In this document: piece by piece, positions 1-10,721 of the stretch
How the letters are laid out: every line of letters begins with the position of its first letter
Numbering within the stretch: the first letter of the stretch is position 1
Source: Callorhinchus milii
Lineage: Eukaryota
Direction: 5' to 3'
DNA length: 36,301 nt
NCBI RefSeq assembly: GCF_018977255.1
Contig: NW_024705531.1
Span: 1 to 36,301 of the forward strand
Made by a program: the position numbers and the translations under genes
Notes under the pieces: model-generated
The model's input: only the letters and a program-made list of their open reading frames with translations
Told to the model about the DNA's origin: nothing
The model's database searches: none

Positions 1-691
1 TGACATTGCTGCTGTGTCTCTCAGAGGAAAAAGGCGACTAGTTCCCAACCACAAGCAAAATGTGATAGAGTGGTTCATGCAGGGTAAAAGAGTAAAATAA
101 AAAATAGTAATTCTTAGATAAAAACAATAAAATTAAATGCACATAGAGCATTACACTTCGGAAGGACATCCCAAGATGCTGGATAAAAAGTATTTCGAAC
201 CTCAGTTAATGGTTTGTTTGGGGGAGGGTGGAGAGCAGGTGAGGAAACAATGAAGCAAAGGAAGGTCGAAGAGAATGGTCTTGAAATATGGCTTGAAAGA
301 AACAAAAGAGGGGTCGAGGAGGAGGGACTGTGGGATGCAGTTTCAGACGATGGAGGCGGAGTGGCAGTTCAAGATTCTCACCCTAACCTTTAAATCTGGC
401 TAAGTATTGCCCTTCCTAACACTTTGATATCCTAGAAGCATACAAATCTGCTCCACATATCCTGCCAAGCCTGTCACCAAACTGAAATGTTTCGAAGGAG
501 ACTCATTCTCCCCTGAGAGCAGGAACCGTGACACATAGTTCGCTCCCACATTGAACAGATAATATCCACGTCACTTGATTAGAAATTGAGGACATAGTGA
601 TGAAGCGTCAACTGTCTCAGAGCTTTGCGTCTCAGATCAGCATCAATATCTTATCAACCAAAAAGGCAAAGCTGTGCAGTGAGTGATGGGG

Positions 692-1495
692 ATGTGGGGA
701 GCCAGTGCGTGTCTGGCTCTGGATGCCAATTTGATAGGTAAACTCTTGTAACAATAGTTTGCGTTTCAATTAACTTTCAAAATCAGTTTTATTGAATAGT
801 TTTCTCTCTGGTCTTCCTGGTACTATTCATGCAGTAATGATATAGTGCTTTCACATGACTTGGAGACGTCTCTCAGCGGTTCGCAGAACACATTGTAAAG
901 TGTAATGACGATCTATTTTGCGAGTTATCCCCAAAACAGTCCGGGATTGATTAAACAAATGATTATTATTTTGAAAAGGGTTATTATCCACGGAAAAGTG
1001 ATCCGCGAATCGAATAACAACCGGGTTCCTACTTAATGCAAATTAAAGAGAAAAGTGTGTGAAATAAGGACCTGCCCGGCAATGTTCTCACTCTTACGAG
1101 GCGAGCGCTCTCATGACTGAGCTCCAGGTCTCCACAATTCCTGTATGTCAGGACTCACCCACGGAGATTCTGTGACACAGACGTTGTCTTCAGTGACTCG
1201 GAAAGCAGGAGGAAATGTCACCATGGAATGTCGTTGCAATAAAACGCGGAGCATCTATTATTTATACTGGTATCGAGAACAAGAAACACATCCATAGTAT
1301 GTGCTTAAAAAGCATTCCTGTGGTTGCACGTTTGAAGTAGACTTTGCTAAAAAGCGATTCTCTGTTGAGCTCCAAACTTCGTCAAAGTTCACCAGTGTAA
1401 CCATCTCTCTATTGGAGCATTCTGACAGCGCTGTGTGTTACTGTGCTCTCCAACCAACCAGTGATGGGAACCAGTCAGAGACTCGTACAAAAACT
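692..1495 (+). pseudogene. TCR alpha/delta V pseudogene (V1)
   Basis: Leader exon 692-737 (MWGASACLALDANLI, GT donor at 738). V exon from 1152 reads GLTHGDSVTQ...TMEC...YLYWYREQETHP*YVLKK...RFSVELQTSS...SDSAVCYCALQP, with in-frame TAG at 1295-1297. RSS heptamer is damaged (ACCAGTG 1457-1463), followed by a 23-nt spacer and ACAAAAACT (1487-1495). Confidence 0.9.
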
Positions 1496-1659
1496 GACAG
1501 TGTTTAGTGGGTTTTTTCTTCTGTCTCTCGAGGCCGCAGCAGCGATTTCCTGTGGGAAGGGCGAAGAGACAGAAACACAAAGAGAACATCACATTGACAG
1601 CGCATCTGACTGTCACACAAAACACTCAATGATGCCAAGAAGGAAGCATAGATCAACTC

Positions 1660-2230
1660 AATGATCCCATGGTTTACTATTTTTATAATAATCGCGGTTA
1701 GAGCACATGTCTCGCAAGCGAATGACTTGGGTTCGATACCCGGCAGCGCGAAATGTTGGTCCAATTTCCTTAAGGCACAAACCTCTGTTTACCCAGCAGT
1801 CGGCAGGAATAATAATAATAATAATAATCCTTGCATTTGATATAGCGCTCTTCACGTCGGGAGGACGTCCCAAAGCGCTTCACAGAACACACTATAAAGT
1901 GAATTGACTGTATATTTGTGGGCGAACGCGGCAGCCAATTGCGCACAGCAATGTCCCACAAACAGTCGTAGATTGAAAATGACCAATTTATTATTGGTTT
2001 TGGTTTTGGAGGGATTAACCTTAGTGGTTGTTTGCTTTTCCGCCGGTCATAATTTTTACAAAAAAATAATGGTGATAAATTGGTCACTCAATCCACGAAT
2101 GCTGGTCGGACATTGCTGTGCATGTTTGGCTGCCACAATACATTCACTTCACATTGTAAGCTGTGAAGCGTTTTCAGGCGAATCGAAGGCCCGCTAAGAC
2201 TTCATGCCTAATGCAAACCATTATTATATT
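1660..2230. mobile_element. Nested tRNA-derived SINEs: younger - strand copy (~1811-2010) inside an older + strand copy
   Basis: + strand tRNA-like head (GGTTAGAGCAC...GGTTCGATACCC) at ~1695-1745 and a + strand tail at ~2070-2230. Between them is a well-preserved reverse-complement tail starting with (AAT)n that matches the tail of the full-length copy at 28412-28744. Confidence 0.7.
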
Positions 2231-2379
2231 ACGGTTATTATCATAGATCCCGTTGGAGCTTTGGCTTCCAGGATTACCAGGATCTGAGTGAGTTGATTCC
2301 CTCCCCTGGAAACTGGTGAAAGCCGCGGTATAAAAGCAATTGGTTGTTGCGTTGAAACGCGGCCGAGATGCCAATGAGG

Positions 2380-2387
2380 TGACGCGA
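2380..2387 (+). promoter_or_regulatory. CRE-like element (TGACG) in V2 promoter
   Basis: TGACGCGA lies 95 nt upstream of the V2 ATG. TGACGTAA lies at the same distance (15882-15889) in the paralogous V7 promoter, within a conserved block. Confidence 0.55.
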
Positions 2388-2474
2388 GACTGCGGTTCCG
2401 CCAATGTCGACCGTCACTGCGGGTTATCAGCAAACTGACGGCACAGACACAACCACACAGACTGAAGAGCAGCA

Positions 2475-3462
2475 ATGAGGCTGTTTGCTGTCTGTCTTGT
2501 GCTGGGAACCTTCATGTCAGGTGAGGCCGTGTTGAGCTAATTCATGTCGATGCTGATTGTCAACTGCATTTCAACAACAACTGGTGGAGGGAAACCTTTA
2601 GTTCAGTGGTTAGAGTTCTCGCCTCGCAAGCGAGATGACAGGGATTCGTTCCCCGAGCAGGATGAATACATAAGCTTGTTTCCTCTCTGCTCAAGCACAC
2701 ACATGCCTCTGTTTAAACAGCAGTAAGTAGAATCCCCCTTGATTTGTAACCCGGAGGTAATAACTTTTCAAATAATAATTCAATTCAAAAACGTGTTTAG
2801 TGTTTGTCTGATCTATATTCCAAGGAAAATAATCTTTTTTAAAAAATAGTTATTTGGTAATACATTCCAGCACTGTTTTATTTTAGGCACTGCTGTGCGA
2901 AATTGTCTATCGGGTTTCTCCCCCCAAAATACACAGCACTTAACTCGACAGCAAATTCTGTGAAGCGTATCAAGACCTCCCAACAATGTGATAATGCTTT
3001 ATATAAAATACATTGAATGGTATAACTCCTTTGTTAACATGGGACTTACGTATAGCCCATTTCTCGTCGGGAGGACGTTCAAATGCGCTCAAAAAATAAC
3101 TCAGGCACCGAGTGATTAATTTGTTTTTGCTCTTCCATGTTTATTACAGAACACTGTAATGGTGATTCCGTCAGTCAGAAAGCTGCCACGATCGTTAAGA
3201 AAGAAGGAGACATTGCGATTTTAGAATGTACATATTCCACGACTGAAAGTGATTACATTCTCTATTGGTACCGACATTACCCAGACAAAACGCCGGAGTT
3301 TATGATTCGGAGATATTCTGGGAATGACATTCAAAATAAAGGAACAGGATTTGGAATTCGTTTCTCCGCTCAGCTACAGACATCCAACTCGTTCGCCAGT
3401 TTATCCATCGCTGCGCTGGTGGTGTCCGACAGCGCTGTGTATTACTGCGCCTTTAAGCTCAC
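2475..3462 (+). CDS. TCR alpha/delta V segment (V2), apparently functional
   Basis: Leader exon 2475-2520 (MRLFAVCLVLGTFMS, GT donor). V exon 3150-3462 reads EHCNGDSVSQ...AILECTY...LYWYRH...RFSAQL...SDSAVYYCAFKLT with Cys, Trp and Cys intact and no stops. Confidence 0.93.
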
Positions 3463-3501
3463 CACAGTGATAGACTGCACTGCGAGTCTCGTACAAAAAC
3501 T
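3463..3501 (+). other. 23-RSS of V2
   Basis: CACAGTG (3463-3469), 23 nt, ACAAAAACT (3493-3501). Confidence 0.95.
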
Positions 3502-4568
3502 GCCTTCACTTTGTACATAGGGACGATCTCTCTGTAACCAGTCTCAGAGGAAACCACAATAACCTCACACCAACTTGTCAGATAAACCTTTACTTAATTA
3601 TATGTAACAATAAACGGAGAACACAACGAATGCTTGAGTTAGGTATTTCACTTCCAGTTACTATTTATTCAATTTGATTTGTAAATGTAGTAAAACAAAT
3701 CATGTTTCTTTTGTTTTACTAATTGAACGGAGCCCTCTGGCGGAGTGGGAATAATCCTCGACTCCCAAACTAGAGGACCCGGGTTCGATCCCGAGCCTCG
3801 TGAAACCATAGGCAAGTTTCGTCGCTCATTACACAGGCTTTTGTTTATCGAGGAGTAAACCGATCAATGGGTCGCTTTTCCAAGACGTACTAATCCCTTT
3901 AAATTAATGTTGATCATTCAAACCTTGAATGTTCAGTTGGATAATAAAGATCCCACGTAACGGCTCGAAACAACAAGCGATATCCTGACAGAGGGATGTC
4001 AGTGTCCGGGTGGGTAGTGTTTGTGGCAGTCGCTGAGGGTGGGCGGTAGATACCTTGGTCGCTTTTAAAGGTGGAAGAGGATCTACAACATCTAATAAAA
4101 TATATCGTTCACTCGCATCCATTTCAAGACCACCGTTTTAAACCGTGTCTTAAGCGATTATCCCTCCTCCCCTCTCCATGCTCTCCTCCCCTCTCTCATC
4201 CTAATCTGCAGATCGAGCGCAAAATCCTTCACTTTAAACCGATTTGTGAAAGTCGATCTTTAATGTAGTTCGTTGTTGTAATTGTTGTCTCAATGAAGCT
4301 CTAAATAATGCAAGGATTAGTTTGATTCTTTCTCACCAAAACTTTATTCACATCAATATTGTCTTCAACTTGGTGGAGATAAAGCCACTGAACATATAAG
4401 TGAGTGTAGCCCAACGCCCATAGTTATTAGCCTGACAACAAGGTCAAGAAAACTTGTCAAGGAAACACTGCTGTGGGATCACGGATGTGATGCTGAAACT
4501 CGTCACCTTTGGTAAACACTTTCCATCGTCAAACTCTGGTGGGAAAGGCTTCTTGCTGAATGGCGACA

Positions 4569-5464
4569 ATGCGACGGTTCATGGATTACCTTCTCCTGTT
4601 GAGATTTATGTCAGGTGAGGCTGTGTAGCATATAATACAGATTAATATTTATATAGAGAATGTCTCATCTGGAGGAAGGCTCAAGCTATTTAGCATTCTT
4701 GGCTTTGTCTCCCAAAGTGGGTAAGTAGTCAAATTATTAGTTGCGGAAGCATAATATTAATAATAATAACAGTAATATTCCTTGCATTCGATATAGCGAC
4801 TTTTCCCCTTTTGGAGGTATCTCGAACCACCTGAAAGCATATACTTGACTGCATAGTGATTCCGTGTTTCGTGGGCGAAAAGTGGCATCTTAATTCGCAC
4901 AGCATTTTCCCCTCAGACAGTCGTGGATTGAGTGACCACACTTTATTTAGCCAATGGATTAACAATTGGGTTCCTACTTACTGCTCGGTAAACAGAGGCG
5001 TATGTATAGATAGGAAACTTCCCAAAGTTTATCCCTGTCCTGCCAGGGAATAAAACCCGAGTCCCATCACTTTCGAGGCGAGTGCACTGTCAACTGGACT
5101 ACAGGAGTAATATGGAGCCGTGTTTCAAGTTGATCCTTTCCTCTCGTTGCAGATGTGGTGCTGGGAGATCCAGTCAGACAGCAGACAGCGGGGCTGAGCA
5201 AACAAGAGGGAGGCACAGTGAGTTTGAGCTGCTCATATACCACCAGCTCGAACTATGTTGCTCTGTACTGGTACAGACATCACCCAGGCCTCGCTCCACA
5301 ATACATTCTCTACAGACATACCAATGGGGTAGACAACACTGCAGATTACGCCAAAGGCCGCTTCACTTCACATCTGGACAAGAATCAGGAACAAACCACA
5401 TTAATCATTCTCAGTGTCATTGTCACTGACTCTGCCGCGTACTATTGTGGCTTAAGATCAGATG
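4569..5464 (+). CDS. TCR alpha/delta V segment (V3), apparently functional
   Basis: Leader exon 4569-4614 (MRRFMDYLLLLRFMS, GT donor). V exon 5153-5464 reads DVVLGDPVRQ...VSLSCSY...LYWYRHHPGLAPQYIL...GRFTSHLD...TDSAAYYCGLRSD. Confidence 0.92.
4760..5108 (-). mobile_element. Near full-length tRNA-derived SINE in the V3 leader intron
   Basis: Reverse complement of the family tail (CCTTGCATTCGATATAGCG...GTGGGCGAAAA) at ~4760-4940 and of the tRNA-like head at ~5010-5108. Confidence 0.65.
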
Positions 5465-5503
5465 CACAGTGCTGCAAGGCAATGACTCCCCTGTACACAA
5501 ACC
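5465..5503 (+). other. 23-RSS of V3
   Basis: CACAGTG (5465-5471), 23 nt, ACACAAACC (5495-5503). Confidence 0.93.
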
Positions 5504-5828
5504 CAACTAACCTTCAGGCACAATGTTACCCCAAACAAATCTGCTTTCTTTATTTTATCTTTAAACGAAAACCTCTTTTCAAGACGATTCCAGCCCAATG
5601 ACGTCCTGTGGCTTAGTTGTTAGAGCTCCCATTAAAAAATAATTTTATTAAATTGTTCACTCAATCCTGGACTTTGAGAGGGACGTCGATGAGTGCCATT
5701 GGCAACCGCGTTTCACACACAAAATATACAGTCACGAGATATTAATGTGTATCCGGTGAAGCGCTTTGAAACTTCTGGAAAATGTGATCAGTCGCTGTTT
5801 CAAATGCAATGATAATTTTTTATTATTT

Positions 5829-5867
5829 CACTTTGTTATTGACAGAATACTCCACTGTAAATAAATC
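5829..5867 (+). other. Orphan degenerate 23-RSS with no V exon
   Basis: CACTTTG, 23 nt, AAATAAATC. The spacer matches that of pseudo-V5 (12084-12106) at 18/23 positions, and similarity continues downstream (5890-5930 vs 12135-12177). A SINE tail lies directly upstream instead of a V exon. Confidence 0.65.
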
Positions 5868-7298
5868 TAAAGAGGAGCGAGCGGGTTTGATCTCAGCACA
5901 GATGTTAGTCTGACAGTCGACCTATTTTAAAAAAATCCTGTTATGGTGGGGGAATTCGTGGAGGAAAGATATCTTAAGGAGAGGTTGAAGAAGAAACTGT
6001 TGAAGTGGAGGGTTTTCATCTGATCTGAATTTTCATATTAATGGTGTACTGTCCACATTGCACACACGGGTAATTCTAACACAGATTATACTTTTTATAC
6101 TTCAACTCCTCCGAACATACGCACCTGACATTTTCCTGAAATGCCAATAGATGTCGCCATAAAACAATGAAATAAATCTCACTTTTATACAGCAGCTTTC
6201 ACATCAGGAGGACACCTCATTAATGCTGAGCACTGCACATTTTAGCTCAGTGGTTGTAGCAATTATGTGACAAGCAAGAGGACCTGGGTTTGATTCCCGG
6301 GTGAAAAATATGTTAGGCAAGCATCGTTGCTTCACACTTCTCTTTGTTTATCTAACAAAAAGTTGGAACCCACTTGTTACCAGATTGGTGGATAATTAAA
6401 ACTATTTTTATTTAAAAAACCAAACACACACATTGTTTTTTTTTAAGCAAGAAAATAAATACATGAGTAAAATATTAAATCGGTCGCTCAATCTGCGTTT
6501 GTTTTTGGGACACTGCTGTGCACAATTGGATGATTCATTTTTCCAACAAAATATAAAATCCATCAACTTCTCAGTGANTTTTTTCACACGAAGAGAAACG
6601 CCGACTGACAGAAAAACAAACAGACAGAGATAGAGAAAGACAGACACACACACAAACACAGAGAGACAAATATACAGAGACAGGGATTAATAATAAAGCT
6701 TGTATTTTACTCAGTGCATTACCACATCGTTAAATAGTGATAAACCTCTTCACATGATATGCTGGAAATTGAGCATCGTATTAGATGCCTTGTCTTCCTC
6801 CACCATGTCCCTCTGAATCCCTTCAACTCTTTGTCACCCCCTCTATCCCCACGGATTATATAACCGCTCCACCCCACACTCCTTTACCCCTATTTCTCCC
6901 TCCTCCTTCTCACACATCATCATCCATATCTCGCGAACTCACTGATGCCTTAACCGGCTTCCCCTTCCTGCTGCTGGTCACTGTAACAGAACCCACTGCA
7001 AAACAACGGTGTATAATTAGTTTCTTTATGTGTTTTTCCGAATTCTCAGTAAAATCCCTCTGCACATCACACAGCCTTTATCCCTCTCACAGTGTCCTTT
7101 TATAGTCCTTCTCGTTGGCTTCCCCGTCAATTGTCCATTTGAAACTAAATGAGACTCGATCGGTCATTTCCAAATCCCCCTCTCTCCCCAATGCTCTTAG
7201 GCACAGTCAGTCAGTTCCTTTCCTCATGTATATTGTTACCCTCCACCCCCAAACCGCCCCCCCCCCACCCCTCAAAGCCGCTGCCACCAGCTATGATG

Positions 7299-7306
7299 TG
7301 ACGCTG
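7299..7306 (+). promoter_or_regulatory. CRE-like element in NAR-TCR V1 promoter
   Basis: GATGTGACGCTGTTCA lies 115 nt upstream of the ATG. The identical motif occurs at the same distance (19862) in cassette 2. Confidence 0.55.
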
Positions 7307-7413
7307 TTCATCACAAATAAACCAAGTCTCCAACACTCTTACAGAACAGCCCTGTGCTACTCACAGTCACTCTGAGGTGTCCGGTGCTGACGGTATCTCC
7401 CAGCAGTGAGAGA

Positions 7414-8121
7414 ATGTCTCTCCTCTATATCTCCATCTGCTTCCTCGTCTTAAAATGTAAGTGTTTGTTTCCATTACACAGCAATGTTGAAAGTCACCAT
7501 TACAATGTGCGATATAATAATAATTCTTGCGTTGATATAGCGCCTTATCACTTCGATGAGACGTTTCAATGCGCTTGCGGGAAAACACTGTAAAGTGAGA
7601 TGACAGTTTTATTTGTGGGGAAATTCAGCAGCGAATTAGTATCATTAATATAATGACAACTATGTTATATGTTAAAATTATTCGTATCAATTAACACAAT
7701 AATGGTATTGTATATCGCGATAATATTATATGAATTGGTGTCAATCAAAATCAAGCCAAGGCGAGGGATAAAATTTCCATAGCTGTTGACCTTGCTGAAG
7801 ACTTGTTAAACTAATGTTATGTTGTGTATAATTTTCAGATGCTTTCAGTGCCTCAGTAAAGCAGACGCCATCCGCTATTAGGAGACAAGAATGCGAGTCT
7901 TTGACCATCAACTGTGTCTTCGAAGCAGAGTCTTATGAAACTCTCAGTAAGATGCAATTTTATAGAAAATTTCCGAACGAACGAGATTGGAAACGGATCC
8001 CTCTGGTAGCACGCTTTGTTGTAAAGACACACAAGGAATCGATGTCGTCTTCATTGGAAATTAATGCTTTGCAAGTTCAAGACAGCGCTGACTACAAATG
8101 TACAGCTCGGTACTGGGATAC
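7414..8121 (+). CDS. NAR-TCR V segment 1 (IgNAR-like V domain), open
   Basis: Leader exon 7414-7456 (MSLLYISICFLVLK, GTAAGT). V exon 7839-8121 reads YAFSASVKQTPSAIRRQECESLTINCVFEAESYETLSKMQFYRKFPNERDWKRIPLVARFVVKTHKESMSSSLEINALQVQDSADYKCTARYWDT. It shows VNAR-like QTP and ESLTINCV motifs. Only 61 residues separate the canonical Cys (72 in V2), so the CDR2 region is deleted as in VNAR. Confidence 0.9.
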
Positions 8122-8159
8122 CACAGTGCTGTACCTGGCCTTCAGCTAATACAAGAAGC
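8122..8159 (+). other. 22/23-RSS of NAR-TCR V1
   Basis: CACAGTG (8122-8128), 22 nt, ACAAGAAGC (8151-8159). The nonamer is imperfect. Confidence 0.85.
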
Positions 8160-8473
8160 CCCTTCACTAACTCAAAGGATAAACAGAGAGTCTGTGAACT
8201 TGCAATAAATTCAAAGCACATTCCTCATTCCTGTTTGATGCACAATGACACTTCCTTTAAGAAACAACAATTACTTATGGATATTTCGGAAAAGACTATT
8301 GGTATGTATGCACATTGGAAATCTGCTAGGATTCATATAACCAACAATTTATTCCATGAGACATGCGGCATGTCAAGTCCAAATATAACAATACTCAAAA
8401 GATTGTTAAATGTTGTGTGATTGATTGACCATTTGTGAACGGCTGACACATTTCAACAGTTTCTCAAACCATT

Positions 8474-8545
8474 GGTTTTTGAATTTACAATAAACACTGT
8501 GTTGGGATTGGGACGATCACATTGGCAACCATCAGCACAAATACT
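8474..8545 (+). other. NAR-TCR D segment 1 flanked by two 12-RSS
   Basis: GGTTTTTGA, 12 nt, CACTGTG (8474-8501); D coding TTGGGATTGGGACGAT (8502-8517); CACATTG, 12 nt, ACAAATACT (8518-8545). Confidence 0.9.
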
Positions 8546-8861
8546 GTGCAACTATTTTCTTGGAAACACATGAGACTTGATCACTGACAACCGTATACTA
8601 TTTAATGCTCCTGAATGTGTCGACACTTTGCTTTCAAAATTACTTATTTCAAACGGACATTTCTGGATTTATTTGTAGAGAGGTGTTCTTTGTGCCGTAC
8701 ATTTTGTCTCTGTTTGGGAGGAAATAATATTGAAAATAAACATGTTTTATACAAAAGAATAGTACGAAGATGGAACCACTGGTGAATCGGTAAGCATTAA
8801 TGGCCAATTTGTCAGTGTTTGTTTGCGTTAGTGACAGTGTTAAACAGTGATCTGACACAAC

Positions 8862-8947
8862 AGTTTTTGCGCCTCACAGAATGAGAGTTGTGTGACTGTG
8901 GCTCTTTAACGAAGATGGATCGGGAACCAAAGTAATTGTAACAAAAA
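8862..8947 (+). other. NAR-TCR J segment 1 with 5' 23-RSS
   Basis: AGTTTTTGC, 23 nt, GACTGTG (8862-8900). Coding 8901-8947 reads LFNEDGSGTKVIVTK and ends at a phase-1 GTGAGT donor. Confidence 0.88.
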
Positions 8948-9012
8948 GTGAGTGAATCAATAATCGATCGAAATTAATTTAAATTAAAGAAACGGAAAGC
9001 AATTGATGAAGA

Positions 9013-9372
9013 NNNNNNNNNNNNNNNNNNNNNNNNNNNNNNNNNNNNNNNNNNNNNNNNNNNNNNNNNNNNNNNNNNNNNNNNNNNNNNNNNNNNNNNN
9101 NNNNNNNNNNNNNNNNNNNNNNNNNNNNNNNNNNNNNNNNNNNNNNNNNNNNNNNNNNNNNNNNNNNNNNNNNNNNNNNNNNNNNNNNNNNNNNNNNNNN
9201 NNNNNNNNNNNNNNNNNNNNNNNNNNNNNNNNNNNNNNNNNNNNNNNNNNNNNNNNNNNNNNNNNNNNNNNNNNNNNNNNNNNNNNNNNNNNNNNNNNNN
9301 NNNNNNNNNNNNNNNNNNNNNNNNNNNNNNNNNNNNNNNNNNNNNNNNNNNNNNNNNNNNNNNNNNNNNNNN
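9013..9372. other. Assembly gap (360 N)
   Basis: Run of N. The sequence after it aligns to 22423 onward, which in cassette 2 follows (GA)n/(CAGA)n microsatellites. Confidence 0.98.
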
Positions 9373-9949
9373 GCACTTTGTGTTTCATTCCACAAGTGAA
9401 ACTGCATTGAGCTGCTCACAGACTGAGAGAGAAACTGATATTGGCAACAAACCAGAGAATAAACCTCCTCAAGCAGCGGTCTTAAAATAACGATATTTAC
9501 AGCAGGAAACTCTCCAGTTGCCTAAACTGTAAACCCGCAGAGTTAACGGTATAATCTGACACCTGATTATTTGCTAAACATTCCCATGATCACAGACACC
9601 CAAAGCCTCAATGTGGATAATCAGCTTCAGCAAACAAATATATGATTAGACGAACAAATCTAAATTAACTGGTGCATTTAAGAGAGATCATGTCAATTGT
9701 GTGGCACGAATAGTCACACTGTTTGTGCTTGCATTAAAATCTGGTTCAACTACAGGAGCACTGTATATTTAATCCATTCAGAATTTCTTGTTTCACTGTT
9801 ACAACAGTAATCCTTATATTTGGTGAAAAGAATTTCACGTACGAATTACGAATGATGTCAAGGCCTTCGAAAAGGAGTCAAATGGTTTTACCATAGTGAT
9901 TCCAGGGAAGAGTGGCTTCATTTATGTGGAGAGGCTACTGTCTGGCAAT

Positions 9950-10330
9950 GTTCTCCGTAGAGCAGCGAAGGTTGAGAGGAGATTTAATTCAAATTTTCAA
10001 AATTGTGAAAGGATTTTGATAGGGTAGATGAGGAGAAAGTGCTTCCGCAGTCCAGTGAATCAGTTTCCAGAGGACACAAGTGTATATTAAACGGCAAAAG
10101 AACCAGACGGGAGATGAGGAAACTTTTGTTTATGTGCAAAGTTTTTACAACCTGCAATGCACTGCCTAAAGTTCTACTGCAAACAGATTGTATAATAAAC
10201 CTCAAACTGGAATTCGAAGAAATACGATGCAACTCTACAGGTTAAGACATTAAGAGAATGGGATTAGGAGTAGATGGACTGCTCCTTCGTAGAGAAGGTA
10301 AAGGCAATGTTGGCCGATTAGCCTCTTTTT
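9950..10330 (+). mobile_element. CR1-type LINE 3' fragment in the J to supporting-V intron
   Basis: Decayed translation resembles the CR1 ORF2 C-terminus (FSVEQRRLRGDLIQIFKIVK...RGHKCILNGKRTRREMRK...NALP). A paralogous copy is at ~23225-23570. Confidence 0.75.
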
Positions 10331-10380
10331 GTGCGATAAGATACTATGATTCGAAGTAACTTGAAATTAAAACCCAACAG

Positions 10381-10682
10381 GATCGAGTAATGCAGTTTGC
10401 CAGACACAGCCTCAACAAGCGGCTTTTGCCGGTGAGACCGTTTCATTGCATTGCAAATATATATTATTCAGTGAAGAATATTTCATCATCTACTGGTACC
10501 GTCAGTCCTCTGGTGAGGAAATGCAATACCTGCTCCAAAAAAAATCCTCAGTAGAGGGAGGGAACCCCACCGGAGAACGTATTTCTGCTTCTCTTGACAC
10601 TGCCAAGAAAATCAGCGTTTTAACCATCGCCGACCTGCGGCTGACAGACTCCGCTATGTATCACTGTGCACTCAGTCTGCAC
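10381..10682 (+). CDS. Leaderless supporting TCR-delta V of NAR-TCR cassette 1
   Basis: Acceptor AACAG ends at 10380 and is phase-compatible with J1. Reads RSSNAVCQTQPQQAAFAGETVSLHCKY...IYWYRQSSGEEMQYLL...ERISASLDTAKKISVLTIADLRLTDSAMYHCALSLH. No leader exon was found between J1 and this exon. Confidence 0.9.
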
Positions 10683-10721
10683 CACAGTGATACACATCAT
10701 ACGAAGCCTCGTACAATAACC
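10683..10721 (+). other. 23-RSS of supporting V1
   Basis: CACAGTG, 23 nt, ACAATAACC. Confidence 0.93.

Noticed and set aside
7414-8947. IgNAR or IgH cluster
   Set aside because: The J is followed by a leaderless TCR-type V exon with its own RSS rather than constant exons. There is only one D, and the neighbours are TCR V genes.
8979-9419. Long ORFs listed across 8979-9419
   Set aside because: They are artefacts of translating the N gap.
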